From Vicugna vicugna (Eukaryota), in NCBI GenBank assembly GCA_013265495.1, contig MU061538.1:186001-250000 (forward strand): 64,000 bases of DNA. Reading direction: 5' to 3'. The notes under the pieces were generated by a model, which worked only from the letters and a program-made list of their open reading frames with translations, made no database searches and was not told where the DNA came from. Both the position numbers and the translations under genes were made by a program. This document shows, in pieces, positions 1 to 13,549 of the stretch. Positions within the stretch are counted from its first letter, which is position 1. Each line of letters opens with the position of its first letter.

Positions 1-3000
1 TTGCATCGTGTGAGCGATTTACCAAGTAATTGAGAAACTCTTTACAGCCTCATTTTTGACAGTTGCCTAATGAGAATTTTCATATGTTTTGAATAAATAA
101 CCGCCTGAATGCTACGAGGAGGACCACCTGTGCCCTGTGATCCCTGGGGAGGCCCAAGCCACCCACCCCTCTGGCTTTCTCTCTTTTTCAGTGTGCTTCT
201 GACAGTGGTCCAGTCGCTGAGGGCAAGATTTCAAACACGGTCACGTGCTGGGGGAGATGCGAAGGCAGGCACTGCCTTCCGACTCACCTGGTGCGGAGTC
301 TCCCAGGGCCCCCCGAGGAGGTGTTGTTGATGCCCGTTTCACAGAAAGGAAAATGGAGGGGTAGTCAGCATGAATAGCTTGTCCTGTTCTTGCAGCCATG
401 GGGTGGAGCCGGGGTTTGGAGGCTCATGGTTTCCCCTGTTCTGTGTTGTCAAAAGTACCAGAGACCAAAGCTGCTTTTTTCTTTGACAAGATTGTGGCAG
501 GAACACGAGATGCCTTTGCTGCAGGGTAACGTGGAGCTTCAGCTGTCCTCGGAGGGTGTGAGTAGGAGCCCCAGGAAAGGGGCTTCCCAGCCGGGACGTC
601 ATCCGGGCGGGACGCAGAAGGGTTGGGGGCTTCGAGGAGCCCGTCAGTGCCTCAGGTCTCAAGGAGGCCGTGAGGGGTTGGTGGATGGCGGTGCACCCCC
701 TGCCCCGAGCCCGCACGCCGTGACCGTGCTGAGCGGGGGAACAAGCACCTTGTCTCTGTTGATCTCGAGGCTCATCTCTGTTGACGAGCTGCCTGGAGCT
801 GGGAAGTGAGCTGAGGTCAGACCCTGAGTGGAAGGCGGCCAGGGATGCTAAGCAGTGACCTAGCTTTGGCTGGACAGTGAGGCCCACTCAGCAGAGGATG
901 GTGTTCGGGAGGGGCCATGGCGGTGGCCGGAGCACAGGTGTCTGCAGGTGAGGTTTGGAGGAGTTCTTGGAGGTGCTTGGAGCGTGAGGGAGGCAGAGAC
1001 ACTCTCAGGAGTCCAGAGGCACGTGTGGAACATCCATCACAGCACAAAGCTGTCCCTGACAGAGCCCGGGGCCGGGCAGTTACGGCCCCACACCAGGCCC
1101 GGCACCCCCCCGGGGTGGGTGGGGATACAGCCTCCAGGCACCTCAGGTGAAGGTCCCTCCAGCACGGCTGGCAGCCGGGGAAGAGGGCAGCCAGGTTCCG
1201 ACTTGTGTCTCCTCGGTGAGTCCCGTTGCACGGAGTCCCCGCATGGAGCAGGGGCTACAGGTTTAGCCATCGTTCCTTCCTCGTCACTGCCTGTTGAGCA
1301 GCCGGCTGAGTCCCTACCGTGTGCCAGCCACACACACTCCTTGGGCCGGAGTGGGGCTTTGAACCACAGCCAGAAGGGGGTGTGCAGGCAGCTGTGCCCT
1401 GTGCCCTCCAGCTGCAGCCCGGATGCCGGTTTTGGTGACTGTTCTCACGGCCGAGTGGGCTCTTCCCTGAGCCCCAGGCCTGCGTGCCCCTCCCGACCCC
1501 GGCCTGGTGTTCATGGCCGTGTTCCAGGGTCAGTCTCTCACTCTGGGCTCCTCACCTCCTGCTGGCCCGGCCTTGCTGCCCCACCGAGCATGTTCATCCT
1601 GGCCCCAGGCTGAGTGTGTGTCCTGTGAGGCCCTGTGTTCTCCCCTCCTGACACCCACGCTCTGGGCCTGGGGGCCATGTCTGGGGCCGTGTGAGTGGGG
1701 TGGGAGGCTCCCGGCGCCACAAGCAGACTGTGTCCAGGGCGCGGGTCCCGAGGAGACGGCGGGGCTGCGCCTGGCTCGACGTGACACCCATGTCAGGGAG
1801 GGGAGGGCGTGGGCTGAGGTTGGGGAGCCCACCGCGCTGTGTGCCCAGCCTGCAGCCCAGCAAGTTCGGAGAAGAGGAAGGACACTCGTGGGGAACTCCT
1901 GTGAGCTGGGGACACAATTCCCACCTTGTGTTGCTGGGGGGCCTGAACACGGTGGGGGTGCTGCAGCCTGCGTGCTGGGGGTGGGCTTTGGTGAGCGCTG
2001 GTGGAGGACTTAGCACCTGCCAGGGCCGGGCCCCCAGGGGCGCAGGCTGCCCCTGCCCCTGGGGACGCTGCAGTCTGGGGGACAGACCCACCAGCGGTTG
2101 ATCTGGGACCTAAGTGCCTGGAGCACCAAGGAGCCTGCAGGGGGGCAGGCAGGGGGGTGACTGGGAGGATGTAGTCTCCAAAGGATGACCCCAGGGAGGA
2201 GCAGAGGCAGTGAGGGCTGCGCATGGCCAGCGGTCAGGAAGGGAGGAAGGCAGAGGTGGGTCTGCACAGCCCAACCCGGGCCCCAGAGGTGTGAGTCCCG
2301 GGGGTGACAGCCCTGCTGGGGCCTCTGCCTGCGGCTCCTGAGCCCTTTCAGAGGCTGGGATCTCCCCAGGGCCTCGAGGCTGCACTCGTCTCCGTGAAAA
2401 CCCCTGGAAGCCTGGCATCGGGAGGGCACGTCTGTGCTTTGGCAGAGGTGGGTCCTGAGCAGGGCTGGGTCTGGGCCTGCAGGCCGCGTGGAGGCGGGGG
2501 TGGGCCACGTGCAGCAGGGACGTTGCTGCGGGGTCCTGAGAAGCCGCAGGTTTCAGCCCGCAGAGGTGCGGGGCCCGATGAAGGACTGGATGTCGGGGTG
2601 GGGTCCCAGGGCACCAGGTCTCTGGGATGCCCCCTGGAGGTCCCCTGGAGCCGTGACCTCTGGCTCTGGGGGCAGGCCGGGAGGTGGATACCAGAGCCCG
2701 GGGAGCAGCGCGGAGCGAGTGGCAGAGGTGGGGCGTTTTGGACAAAGCAGTATCACGTATAAATGGGGTGTGAAGTCCCTGTGATGCACTGAATTATGCT
2801 CAGTGATGACTGAGCACTGCGCCTGTCGGCCGCACGTCGCTGAGGCAAGGCCTGGCCCAGTGGGAGGGGTGGAGGAGCCCCTCTCTCCTTCCTAAACCCA
2901 GAGGGGCCCGGGGGCTGGGAGCTGCAAGTCGGCCTGGCGCTGGGCCCCTGTGGGGCTGTCTCTGTCCAGGCGCTGCCTTCTGTGGTGGCCGCTGCCTGCA

Positions 3001-6000
3001 GTCCTGCTCCACGCTGGACGCCCGGTTTCCAAAATAGCTAAGCCTTGGCCTCTGGACCATGTCCTCGGAAGGGCGTTCCTTCCACCGCGGGGTGTCCTTT
3101 GCCTGGACGCCCGGCCCTGCAGCAACCAGAGCCTGGCCTGGGAAGGCCGAGGGCCGCCCCTCCCAGTCCAGGTGGTGGTTGGTCTGATGGTTTCCTGTAA
3201 GGTCCTCGTGGGTCACGTGCCACTGGGCTGTCCCTGCGGAGGCTGCGGACAGCAGGTGTCGGTCAGCTCTCACGGTCAAGGATGCGGGGTCCTTGCACCG
3301 GTCCTCTCTCGTCTGCTCAGATCTCCTGGTGTGAACTGGGCTTGCCCGCTGGCTCCTGCTCTCGGTGCTCAGGAGCTCCCCAGCTGATAGAGGACCCTGC
3401 CCTGCCGTCATCCCTGCACAGCCTGTGCACAGGGGCAGGAGCCGGTGGGAGAAGCTGCTGGGGCAGAGTGGGGAGTGGAGAGGGCCGGTGAGGTCATTGA
3501 CCCTGAACTGAGGCTGAAGGCAGGAGTTCCTCCTGGGGTCCAGTGGGGAGATCCCGGGGATGAGGTGTGCGGAAGTCTGGAGGCTGGGCGCGGGAACGGG
3601 CAGGGGCCACAGACTCAGACGAAGGGGCCCTTCGGCTTTTTGCGGAAGGGACGGACCCGTCGCTGAGGTCCTCATCGCTGGACGCAGCTCACTGGGCGTC
3701 ATGGAAAGTCTCTGTGGCCTCAGAGAGAACGGCTGGAAGTGTTCACGGCTCACACTCGGGGACGAAGCAGGAACCACGAAGGCCAGAGGTGGCGGGCTGG
3801 GGTCGCGAGAGGAGGTGCGGCCAGTGTGGACGGGGCGGTGTCAGCGAGTGTGGCTGGTGAGGGGCCACTGGCCAGAGGCCTCGTGCGGCCAGGGTGATGT
3901 GTCTGGAGCAGCAGGGGCCCTGGGAGAGCGTGGCTGTGTACGCAGGGCTCACTGCTGGCGCACCATCCCCACAGAGGGTCTGCCGTCTGTGGTGTGGGTG
4001 AGGGAGGGCAGAGGAGGCAGCTTTGCAGGGATCTGCATCTAAGAAGAGGCTGGAGCATCTTAGACACCTGACGAAAAACTGACCCGACATTCTCTGCTGT
4101 CCGCAAGTCCCAGCAACTCTTGTCAGCCTTTTGGCTTGAGAAGAAATGAGTTGAAAATCATGTATCAGTTGCATGTGTCGCACTGGTAAGAGTCTCTGCA
4201 AACTGCATGTGGCTTACATCCGTGAGAGGAGGGCTCTCGTGGGAGGACGCAGGCGGCCCAGCGCCCTGGTTCCCGCACGTGCCGCCAGGCAGCTTCTCCC
4301 CGCTGAGCCGTCTCTGAAAAGGAGCCTCTGATTGTGCTGATCTGCTCAGGAGTCTCTCCTGTCCCCTCTCCTCCGCATTTTTTTTTTTTTTTGAGAACAT
4401 GATTGTTTCTCCTACGTGGAACTTTGGTGATTTTCGCCCCATGGGGGGATTTCTGATGTCTGTGAGGCTTTGCTATTACAGCAGGAAAGAGGGTGGAGCT
4501 GGAAGAGGGAGTTACAGTGGATGCAAAGAAGGGCAGACTTTTCTTTTTGTGATGAAATCCTGGAAGAGATAAAATAACCTTATCCTGAGCCTGTGAGAAT
4601 CAGACAGAGACAGAGCGGTGGGGAGGGGGGCGGTCTGGGGGCCTGAGCTGCTCACGGGCGAGAAGTCGAGCGTGGCTCACTTACTCACACGTGCACTTGG
4701 TGATTGTCCTTCGAGCGCCTGCTGTGCGTGGGGTTCGTGAGGCAACCTCGGACGGCCCAGTTATTCTGTCACGGGGATGCAGGGAACCTGAGGGGGAGAA
4801 ACTAGAATACAGTCAGAAAACTGAAGACGCACCCAGTGCCCCTCATAGGACCAGGCCCGGAGGACGGCCCCTCGCGCGCACAGGATGGGGCAGGCTCACC
4901 GCGTGTCCTCCGCACGCAGGGGAGGCCCTGGCATGTTCCTGGTGGGACACTGTCGCCAAGTGAGACACGCAGATCCTCCTCCCTTAGTGGCTTCTGGGGA
5001 CAGAACACTGTATTTCACTCGTGTTTAACTGTGTCTTTAATTCAAGGCCCACGGAGGACCTTGAATAAACCCTTGCTGGGTGGAATCACGATTTCAGATG
5101 CACTCATTGCTCTTGGCACTCCACGAGGCCCAGAGCGCGGCCCCACTGTTTCTCCCATGCGAACCTGCAGACAGACCCACTGGCATGTCACCTTCGTTTG
5201 GCGTGCTTGGCCACCCAGGGCCTCAGGATGCCCTGCCGACCCCAGAGGAAGACAAGGCTTGTCGGTCGGTGTCTGGCTGCCTGCTGGATCGTGGCTGGCG
5301 CCTGCATTTCCCTGTCACGTGTGGTCAGCAGAGCCTGAAACAGGGACCTGGATGAGGCCTTGGAGGCCAGGAGGATGGAGAAGAAATCTTGAGGTGGATT
5401 TCTACCCGCTCGCCATTCTGGTCCTGCTTTCTGTGCAGCCTGAGCTCTTGTTCTGGTTACCTGGACCTTTGAGCTCCGGTCAGTAGGAAGGGGAGGTGGG
5501 TTGGACGCTGAGGCCCCGGTCGGCCTGAACGAACCCCAGAGTTGGCTCACTGGTGGTGGGGATGGGGCGGGAAGACAGCCGGAGAGGGGTCCCCAGGCCT
5601 GCACCCCAGGACCAAACAGCCTGATGGCATGGAAAGGAGGTTCCCGGGTCCGTTTGCTGCAGTTGTGACCAGAGGTGCTGTTACCCAGGGCTGGACGTGG
5701 CCCCGGGACCAGTGTGGGGCCCCAGGACCCTGCCTGCCCCACCACAGCCCATGGCCCAGGCCCCTCCTCCCGCCCGGCACCGCCCGGCACCCCACAGCGC
5801 CTGGCCTTGGTAGGCTGACCGGCAGTGGCTGCGGCAGCGATAGCGGTGGCTGCCACGTGGGACGCTGCCCAGTGTCCGTGTCACTTGTTACCCTGCGTTC
5901 TCCACGTTCACAGCTGAAACCCCGGGCTCAGAGTTCGGGATCTTGGGGCCCCTTCCCCTCTCCCAGCTGCTCCTTTCCTTTCGACCCCCGCCCCCACCCG

Positions 6001-6429
6001 GCCCTGCCTTTCCCGCTCACGGCCTGACTCACGGAAACGGCCGCCTGGGCCGGGGCCCACCCAGGAACACGCACTTTGCAATGAATGTGCTTCTGCTCCT
6101 TAGCTTAGGGCATTTTTCTTTCAATTATTACTTTTTTTTTAATGCTGGGAGGCTGTGGATGCCTCTTGTAGCCAACAGGGTGACTCGGACATCACGGAGG
6201 TGTCCGTTGTGCATAATTAAATGTCCCACTTCTGGGGGAAGAATGGAACTGGCCCCTGAAGATAATGCCCCACGGCGTGTGAGCGCCAGGCTTTGCATCT
6301 GCCTTGGCGACTCAGGGTGTGTGTTCAGTGTGCCAGGGGTCCTGTCGCCTGGCCTGTCTGGGGCCATCGTGTCTGTGTGGCTCAGCTGGCCCACTGCCCC
6401 CCTGAGCTCGTTTGGGAGACCCTGCCAGA

Positions 6430-6588
6430 CCGGCTTGTGGGGAGCCTGGTCCCAGGGCACCTGCATCGCTGGGAGCTTTTTGGAAATGAGGGTCTCAGGC
6501 CCACCCACACCCCCTGAGTCAGGAGCCGGGTGGGCCCAGCAACCACGGTTTAACCAGTCCTCTGGGTGCTCAGGGCTGAGAACTGCCG
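6430..6588. mobile_element. MER5A-like hAT-Charlie DNA transposon relic
   Basis: ctgggagctttttggaaatg...ggcccacccacacccc-ctgagtcaggagcc...ggcccagcaacc..ggtttaaccagtcctctgggtg...ctgagaactg follows the recalled MER5A layout, shifted toward GC. Confidence 0.6.
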
Positions 6589-7779
6589 GGCAGGGCGGCT
6601 GTGTGGGTGACGCTGGTCCTACTGTACATCTGGGTCTCGTTTACTGTTTCCCAGTGAGGGGTGGGCAGTGGAGAGCTGCATCTCGAGAACTGTGGCAAAT
6701 GTCGTCTGCTGGGTCCTTCTTTGGAGGAGAGCGTGGCCCTTGGCAGCATCGAGGATTCTGAGAATCTCACAGAGAAGAAACCTGTGGAATTCTAGCTCAG
6801 AGTTTTCAGTGAGTGGGGCTCATTAACACCCCTCTTGTCCTGGGGACATCATTGCCGGCCAGCCCTGCTCCTTCCTGAGGTGACTTTCACTGTGATACAG
6901 TTTTCAGTCGTTTTTCTTTGTTGTTCTGTGTTTAATCTGGGGCTGCAGTGGAGAGCAGGACGCACAAGCCACGGACGAGGGTGGAGACAACTCCCACTCA
7001 GGTGCACCCTGGATCCCCTCTCCAGACCCACCGGCCTCGTCCTCGGCAGGTCTGGGTGTCCCCGGCTCTTCAGACTCAGTGTCAGGAGACGACAGCGCTC
7101 ACTCCAGGTGTGGACAAGGACTCCCGAACTGCAAACGCTCCTTCTTGTCTCATCATTGAAAAACAAACCCAGAAGGTCATCTAAGAAAACACTTGATGTT
7201 TTTGAGCTTATGGTGTGAGAATTCTAAACCTCAAGCCCAGATATTCTTGCCTTTTTACTCCCGATCAAATGACAACTATGTTTAAACATATACCTGCCTT
7301 CAGACTGAACCTAACAAACTCATGAATGTTGGTTGACATGATTTTTCTTTCATAGCTAATACAAAATAATTCAAATATGGCATGTCACCTGAAATTCGGG
7401 ATAATAATGAATATGGATCCAGAAAATGGATCGTAAAGAGTTTAATTTACTTGACGATACAGCCTAATAGTGTGCGGGTTCAAAATCCTAGACGAAAATT
7501 ACACGCACTGTGCTTCTGCTTCTCGCTGGAAGTGCAGAAACTCGGGATCGCATCAGCATCCGGGCTGGTTCCCGGGCAGGAAAGTTCCGGAATTACATGC
7601 TCTGTCGTGTGATGCCGGCAAAGAAGGACAGATTTCCTAAGGAGGGTCCTGAGACTGTGTCACTGCCCAGGGCCCCGTGCGTCAGGAGTGGCTGAGAAAC
7701 TGTGACCCAGTTTTCCTCCTTCATCTGAGACCACGGCTAAGGCAGCCCAGCTCTGCCCCAAATGCTCAAGCCAAGTCTT

Positions 7780-7898
7780 GCGCACCCCTGCGGGAGGCGG
7801 GGCCTGTGGCACACGTGCGCGCACCCCTGCGGGAGGCGGGGCCTGTGGCACACGTGCGCGCGCCCCTGCGGGAGGCGGGGCCTGTGGCACACGTGCGC
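7780..7898. repeat. 39-bp minisatellite, 3 near-perfect copies (gcgcacccctgcgggaggcggggcctgtggcacacgtgc)
   Basis: Units start at about 7781, 7820 and 7859, with a single a/g difference. Confidence 0.95.
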
Positions 7899-10800
7899 TC
7901 ATCCCAGCCCTCCTGTGCGCCTGGTCTCTACCATGTCACATTTCCATGCTGTCCTTTCACGGGAGTGGCTGAGTTTGGCCCAGTTCAGGCCTGTCGCGAG
8001 TTTGGGGGCCTTAGGGATCCTATTTCTTTCTCCTAACGGAGTGGTTGTATCCTTAGCATTTGACATTCAAGACTTCTCATTAAATATCTTTTCAGAGGTT
8101 TTCTTTAACTCTGTATCTATGGAAACAAGCTTAGAAGTGCTTTCTTAATCCGAAAGAATAATTCAACAAATGTCCTTTTTTTTGAAGATATCATTGCATT
8201 TCAGAAAATTGAGGACAGAAGGCCAGGAGACAATTGAAATACCACTCAGAGCTCACCTGGCTGAGGTGGAGGACTCCAGCAAAGCAGGGCTGCGTGGTGC
8301 TAATGTTACCCGACATGGGCTCCAGGGCCCCAGGCCGGCGCTGAGAAGGCAGCAGAGGTGTGCAGCAGCCTGTCTCTCTGCGCGGGGACGGGCCCGTGCA
8401 AGCGCTGCCTCTCCTCCTGGGTGGTCCTGGGGCGGGGCAGCCCCCACTCCTCCTCCTATCACTGTCCCCCCACTTCCCTTCTGTCTCTGAAATCTCAGTC
8501 ATGGCTTTGCTCTATGGTCTTGTCGCCCAGATGTGCGGCAGGTTTGGCTGATCCCGGCTCCAGGAGCATGCGGCCTCGGGGCCGCTGCTCTGCAATCTCT
8601 TGCTTGCTCTTCCGGGTCTTATTCCATGAGAAGTGGGTTTCTGATGTGCACGTGGTTTTCTGTTCCTGCTTGGACACCCCACCCTGAGGCGCATTTTTGC
8701 GTGGATCTGGCGGAAATGTTCAGAAGCAGCACGTGGGTGCAGGGGCCAGGACACGTGGTCTGTGCTCGGGGCCAGGTTGAGGGCCCGGTGGTGGGTGGAG
8801 CGTCCACCCGTTCCCAGCTGGGATGGACGGCGGCTCTGCGTACCTCCTCAGAACAGGAGGAACGAGGACGGCTCTGAAGAGATGCCGCCGCCAGTCCTAC
8901 ACCCCCCACACTTTGCCAGTGTGGCTCCTAGGAGAGAAGGTAATTAATGTAATTGTTAATGTAACTCCCCAGAACTTCAGGTTTTCAGCCCCTTAGAGTT
9001 TTCCACTGGGGAGGGACAGAGAAGGTCCCTTCACTGAGAATCCCCGTGTGGACTTTGGTGTCGAAACCCAGGCACCAGGCGTACAGTGGAGGCTCATGGC
9101 ACGGCTGCTTTCTCCCGAGGCTTAGAGGAGACAGGCGGGTGCGCAGAATCCCTGCCGCAGATGGCTGTGGGTGTGGGGGTCCTGGGTCACTGTGCCCCAG
9201 GCGTCTGGTGGGGTCTGGTAGGGGACAGCTGGCCCTGCGGGAGAGGTGACACTTGTGTCACTTACCTGTGCCTTAGTCGTTTAAGTCACAACGTCTGCTG
9301 CCTTCCCTGTGCATGAACTGTGGCGTAAAATGCCTTCTCGGAGGCACTGCATGTCCGTCCTGAGAGGATGCTCTGTCCATGTGCCCGGGGCGGTGGGGCA
9401 GAGGGAAACTTCTCTGTGGGGAGAGTGAGCGTTCGGCTGGGGCAGCTGCTCACGGCCTCCGGACGGCAGGCGTGGGCTTGGTGGAGATGGCAGTGTTCAC
9501 TGGGTGCGGGGTCTGGGTGAACAGGTGACCACCGTCTCTGATGTTGCCTGATACAAGCCGACGTCCCGGTTTGTCTGATGCTGGCTCCTTTCAGCTGGGC
9601 CTTATGGGCCTCCGGGAGACAGGATTCACATGGGTCCAGAACCACCTGGGCAGAGCGAGGCCGGGCCTTCAGCCTCCCCCTGCAGCAGGTGGGAGGCAGC
9701 TGCAGCATACACTTTTCTGTTCTTTGAGGGGTGGCCCCTGTCACCTGGGGAGCCCGGCTGTCACGGTGGAGGAGGGGACCTGTCGCCCATGCCCCAGACC
9801 TCGGCTCTTCAGTGAGGGCCCCTCCTGCTGCCCAGCGGGGTGTCAGTCTGGGACAGGGGACGGGTCTGGAAAGTGGGCAGCCCCGAGAGGAGGGTGGACA
9901 CCTGGGCTCCAAAATGCCATGTACCATGACCTGGCTTCGATGCCGCTTCTCAGAGAAACGAGAGAAAAGCAAGCCTGCCTTGTGATGTGGGGTGGCCTCC
10001 TCGCGTCTGGGCCTGGAGGAGAACCCCTTTGGGAACCGGGAGCTGTTTCCTCACCTGGGCATCACCCAGTGTACCGAGCGCCTGCCCTGGGTCAGAGGGC
10101 CCAACCAACGTGGGCAGGAGCCGTGAGGGTCCCCAGTGCGGGAATCAAGTTCAGCTCAGGTCTGAGGGGTCCTGGGTCCCTGAGCCGCAGAGCTGTCCCC
10201 GCCCCGCGATGGAGGAGGCCGCACTCGGGACCCACGCACAAGGTGACACTACTCCAGCGTCTGCCCTGAGCCGAGCCGAGCCAGCCGCCTACCCTGGGCG
10301 GGGCTCCGGGGCCCCAGCCTTCAGAGGGGCCTTGCCCCACCTTCCGTTTTCTGCAGGGTGGAAGGCTCAGAGTCTGGGCACCTCCAGCACAGCACCCCCA
10401 GGCCTCCCTCCCCGCCTGCTGTGCTGGGAGCTGCTCCGGGGTTCCCAGCTCTGAGGAACGTGTGGCCTGGAGCAGAGCGCCGGGCTGTCTTCTTAGGGAA
10501 GGAGCCTGTGGGTGCGGGGGCTCTAGGGGCAGCGACCCTCCCTCCCTCCCTCCAGATGGCAGGTCTCTCCTCTCCTTCCCACGAATCTGCTCTGCGCAGG
10601 ACAGTGGGGCAGGTGGACGGGCGGGGCTAGAAGGTGCAGCTCCACCAAATGAGAGTCCGCAGGCCTCCTCCCGCCTCTCTCTGCTCAGGTGACTGTGGTG
10701 AACACACAGCCCTCGGCCTGGAGCAGCGTAGAAGAGGGAGGGGGCACGGTGGGGGCAGAGTCTGGCTGTGGGCGTGTTACTCACCTCTGAGTTCTGGTTT

Positions 10801-11703
10801 CCTCGCCTGTGAATCTCCCGTCAGTGCGTGGCGGGGACTGGACGCGATGTAACAGGTCGGCGTTCAGCTGATGCCAGCCTGGGAGTGAAACTCCGTCATT
10901 ACATTGTGTGGCTCGGGAGAAGAGGACAAGAGACAGAGTAAGGGAAGTCCCGATGAGAAGCCCTGTTTGTGGAATAGTCGCTGTGGGAAGCGGAGCATGC
11001 CTGTCGCCGCGGCCGGGTGGCCCGTGCACGCGGGCTCCCTGGAGTTCTATTTCCTCCGAGGCTGAGCCGATCTCAGCCCGGCAGCCTTGTCCGCGCTCGG
11101 CTTTAACAGAACTGGGGAGAACACTCTCGGTTCCTCAGAGTCTTCTCCTGATTTGTGGTCTGTCTGAGAGGGAAGCTGTTCCATTTTTTGGTGAGAGAGT
11201 CCATTTCAGGCTCATTTTTTCTTACAGTTTTTAGTCACAAAACCTCTCCGTTACATTAGTTGACACGTGTTAATTAGTTAGTGGCTCTGTTCTCGGCACT
11301 TTTGCAAAAGCCCCAAGGAAGGGGAGGGAGTCACTTTGATTCCGGCTGGGCAGCTGAAGAGACCAGCCCTAGGAGGGAAGCCGGTCGCCTGGGCTCAGCC
11401 GGAGCACGGGGCGGGGGGTCGGTGGGGCTGGGGCCCTGGCCGCCCCAGCAGAGTCACGGCTCGGGGGGCCGCCGGGAGTGAAGGGCGGGGTCCCCGGGGG
11501 TTCCCACTGTAAAACGCAGACCCTTTCTAAGCATCTCCTGGGAGCCAAGGGTCTGAGAGGAGGGCGGCCGGGCTCCTCTCGGGAGAGCCCGACCTGCTGT
11601 AACTCCCAACAGGACACCAGGAAGAGGCCGCAAGGCGGAGCCGAGGCACTGCGTGGCATTCTGCGGAGGTCAAGGGGAGGCAGGATTCAGGCTAAAAAGT
11701 CAG

Positions 11704-11812
11704 TGTGAGTGTGTGAGAGAGTGTGTCTGTACGAGTGTGTGTGAGTGTATATGAGCGTGTGTGTGAGCGTGTGAGTGTGAGCACACGTCTGTGTGTCTGA
11801 GCGCACGCATGT
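11704..11812. repeat. Degenerate (TG)n/(TGAG) microsatellite
   Basis: tgtgagtgtgtgagagagtgtgtctgtacgagtgtgtgtgagtg... is visible directly. Confidence 0.85.
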
Positions 11813-12474
11813 CCTGGAGCCAGGGGGAGACCTGTGGGTGTCAGGAGTGAGGGATTTTGGACATGTCTCCTTGCCTTGATGGTCAGGGTGGACCACACCC
11901 TTCCAGCGAGGAGCCCGGGTCTGAGCCCTGGGCCCAGGAGGCTCAGGGTGGGTGGCGGCTGTGGGCTTCCTCCGAGGGCTCACTCTTGCCTTCAGAGCCA
12001 CATGTGGGCCCACTGGCCCAAGGGGGCAGCGTGAGCAGGTGACTGCCTGGTGGGGGGAGGGCGGTGCCGAGGTGGGGAAGGCGGTGTGTCCGATCAGGTT
12101 CTGCCAGACCGAGGTCTTTCTTTCTCTTGATGGCTTGAGGCTGATACTCAAAATGAAAGGTGGTCTTTCTTAATTTTAGAGCAAATAACCGCGCAAGTGT
12201 ACTAGCAGTCAGGTTAGCACGTGGCCCGCGGGGACGAGGGCACAGGGAGACCGCTCACGCTCCTGACTCTGGGGCAGTTCTGTCCCCATCAGAGTCCCTC
12301 CTGGTTCTGGGATGATGTTTGCTTTGGCATCTTCTGCGGGCCCTGGCTCCGTGCCTTCCTGACCCAGGTCTGCCCAAGGGCATGGGTGCTTCAGTGCAAA
12401 GGATTTCAGAGCAGCTCCCTGACGCGGGAGTCAATGACTGCAAACCCTGTGGCGACCCTGGCGCGACTGTCCTC

Positions 12475-12815
12475 CTTCGCTCATCTATTTACTCCTCAGC
12501 ACCTGCTGTTCGCCAGACATGGGGGCACCACTCAGGAAACGGCGGAGGTTAAAAAGGTAGCTTTGTGTGGCCCCTAACCTTGAGAATCTCATGTTCAGGG
12601 AAGTTGTGCCCTTAAGTGGACATCACAACACAGTGTGGAGATTCCTACAGCAGGTGCTGGACGGAGCCAGTCACCAGTCTGGTCATGGGAGAGTCCATGG
12701 GGGATGTTCAAGTTGGGTCTCAGAGGGTGGCTAGGGGCTTGTCAGTTGGAGAAACAGGAGTGCAGGCATGATGCTTTGGAAGGAGTGTGTCTCAGTGTTG
12801 ATGGAAGGCATGTGT
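12475..12815 (-). mobile_element. LINE-2 3' relic
   Basis: ttcgctcatctatttactcctcagcacctgctgttcgccagacat...ggcccctaaccttgagaatctcatg resembles the reverse complement of the L2 3' end (ttcattcattc..tattgagcacctactatgtgccaggcac...gtccctgccctcatggagctta). Confidence 0.5.
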
Positions 12816-13498
12816 GTTCAGAAGGCGCCTACTCGGGTCCATCCATGGCCCTCGCTGGGCAACCCTGAGGACTACACCTGCCTGGCACGTTGGCTGTCCA
12901 CACCCTGCCGAGGCTGCGTCTTCTTTGTCCTTTCCCCGTGTTGAAGACGCACTTGAACACAGGGCAGGTGGGCCGCCTCCTCTGACCTGCCCTGCCCCTC
13001 CTGGTGGCTCAGTGCGTTTGGCACCCCTCCCCACGTCTGCCTTCTCTGGCGGCGGTGCAGGCCAGCCGTCCACGTCAGGATGCAGGCAGGGACTGTCAGG
13101 GTGTTGGAGGGAAGGCCCCAGGATGCCACCCTGGAGGTGATGCCCACAAAGCGCCATGGGTCTGGCCGTCTGGGAGCACGCCAGGAGGTGTCGACAGAAT
13201 GGCCCACCCCCCGTGCTCCCTCTGTAGCTCCCCTGGAAGACCCCTCGGGCAGGCGGACCCTCCCGTTGCCAGAGGAACAGGATGATCGTGGTCCTCCTCC
13301 GTTGGAGAGGCCGGTCCTGTGGTTACTCCTCTCACAACTGGAGCCAGATGATCCAGCACCACCTCAAGGAAGCCAAATCCAGAGCCTCTGCGGGTCTGCA
13401 TGTTCCTAAGTACTCAGGAGCCAGCAGAGGCCGTGGCCCCAGTGGGCGTACTGTTCCCCAGGAGGTGCTGACCCTTTCTCCCCTGCTTCTCCTCCCAG

Positions 13499-13549
13499 GC
13501 TGCCTATTCGAGGACCAGCTGTGCGGCCCGGCAGAGACCTGCGTGAACG
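13499..13549 (+). CDS. PTPRN2: PTPRN2 (phogrin / IA-2beta) coding exon 2, 51 nt, phase 1-1, in the Cys-rich N-terminal (RESP18-homology) region
   Basis: A polypyrimidine tract and AG (ccctttctcccctgcttctcctcccag) end at 13498, and a consensus donor G|GTAAGT starts at 13550. The translation (G)CLFEDQLCGPAETCVN(D) matches recalled human PTPRN2 GCLLEEGLCGASEACVND and mouse GCLFEDGLCGSLETCVND. Flanking introns of >13 kb and >50 kb fit PTPRN2 rather than the compact paralog PTPRN (GCLFDRRLCSHLEVCIQD). Confidence 0.93.

Larger units (their letters stand above)
1..13498 (+). other. PTPRN2: 3' part of PTPRN2 intron 1 (exon 1 is not in the window)
   Basis: Lies upstream of the exon-2 acceptor. No Leu-rich signal-peptide exon was recognised. 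Inferred from the known gene structure. Confidence 0.75.
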
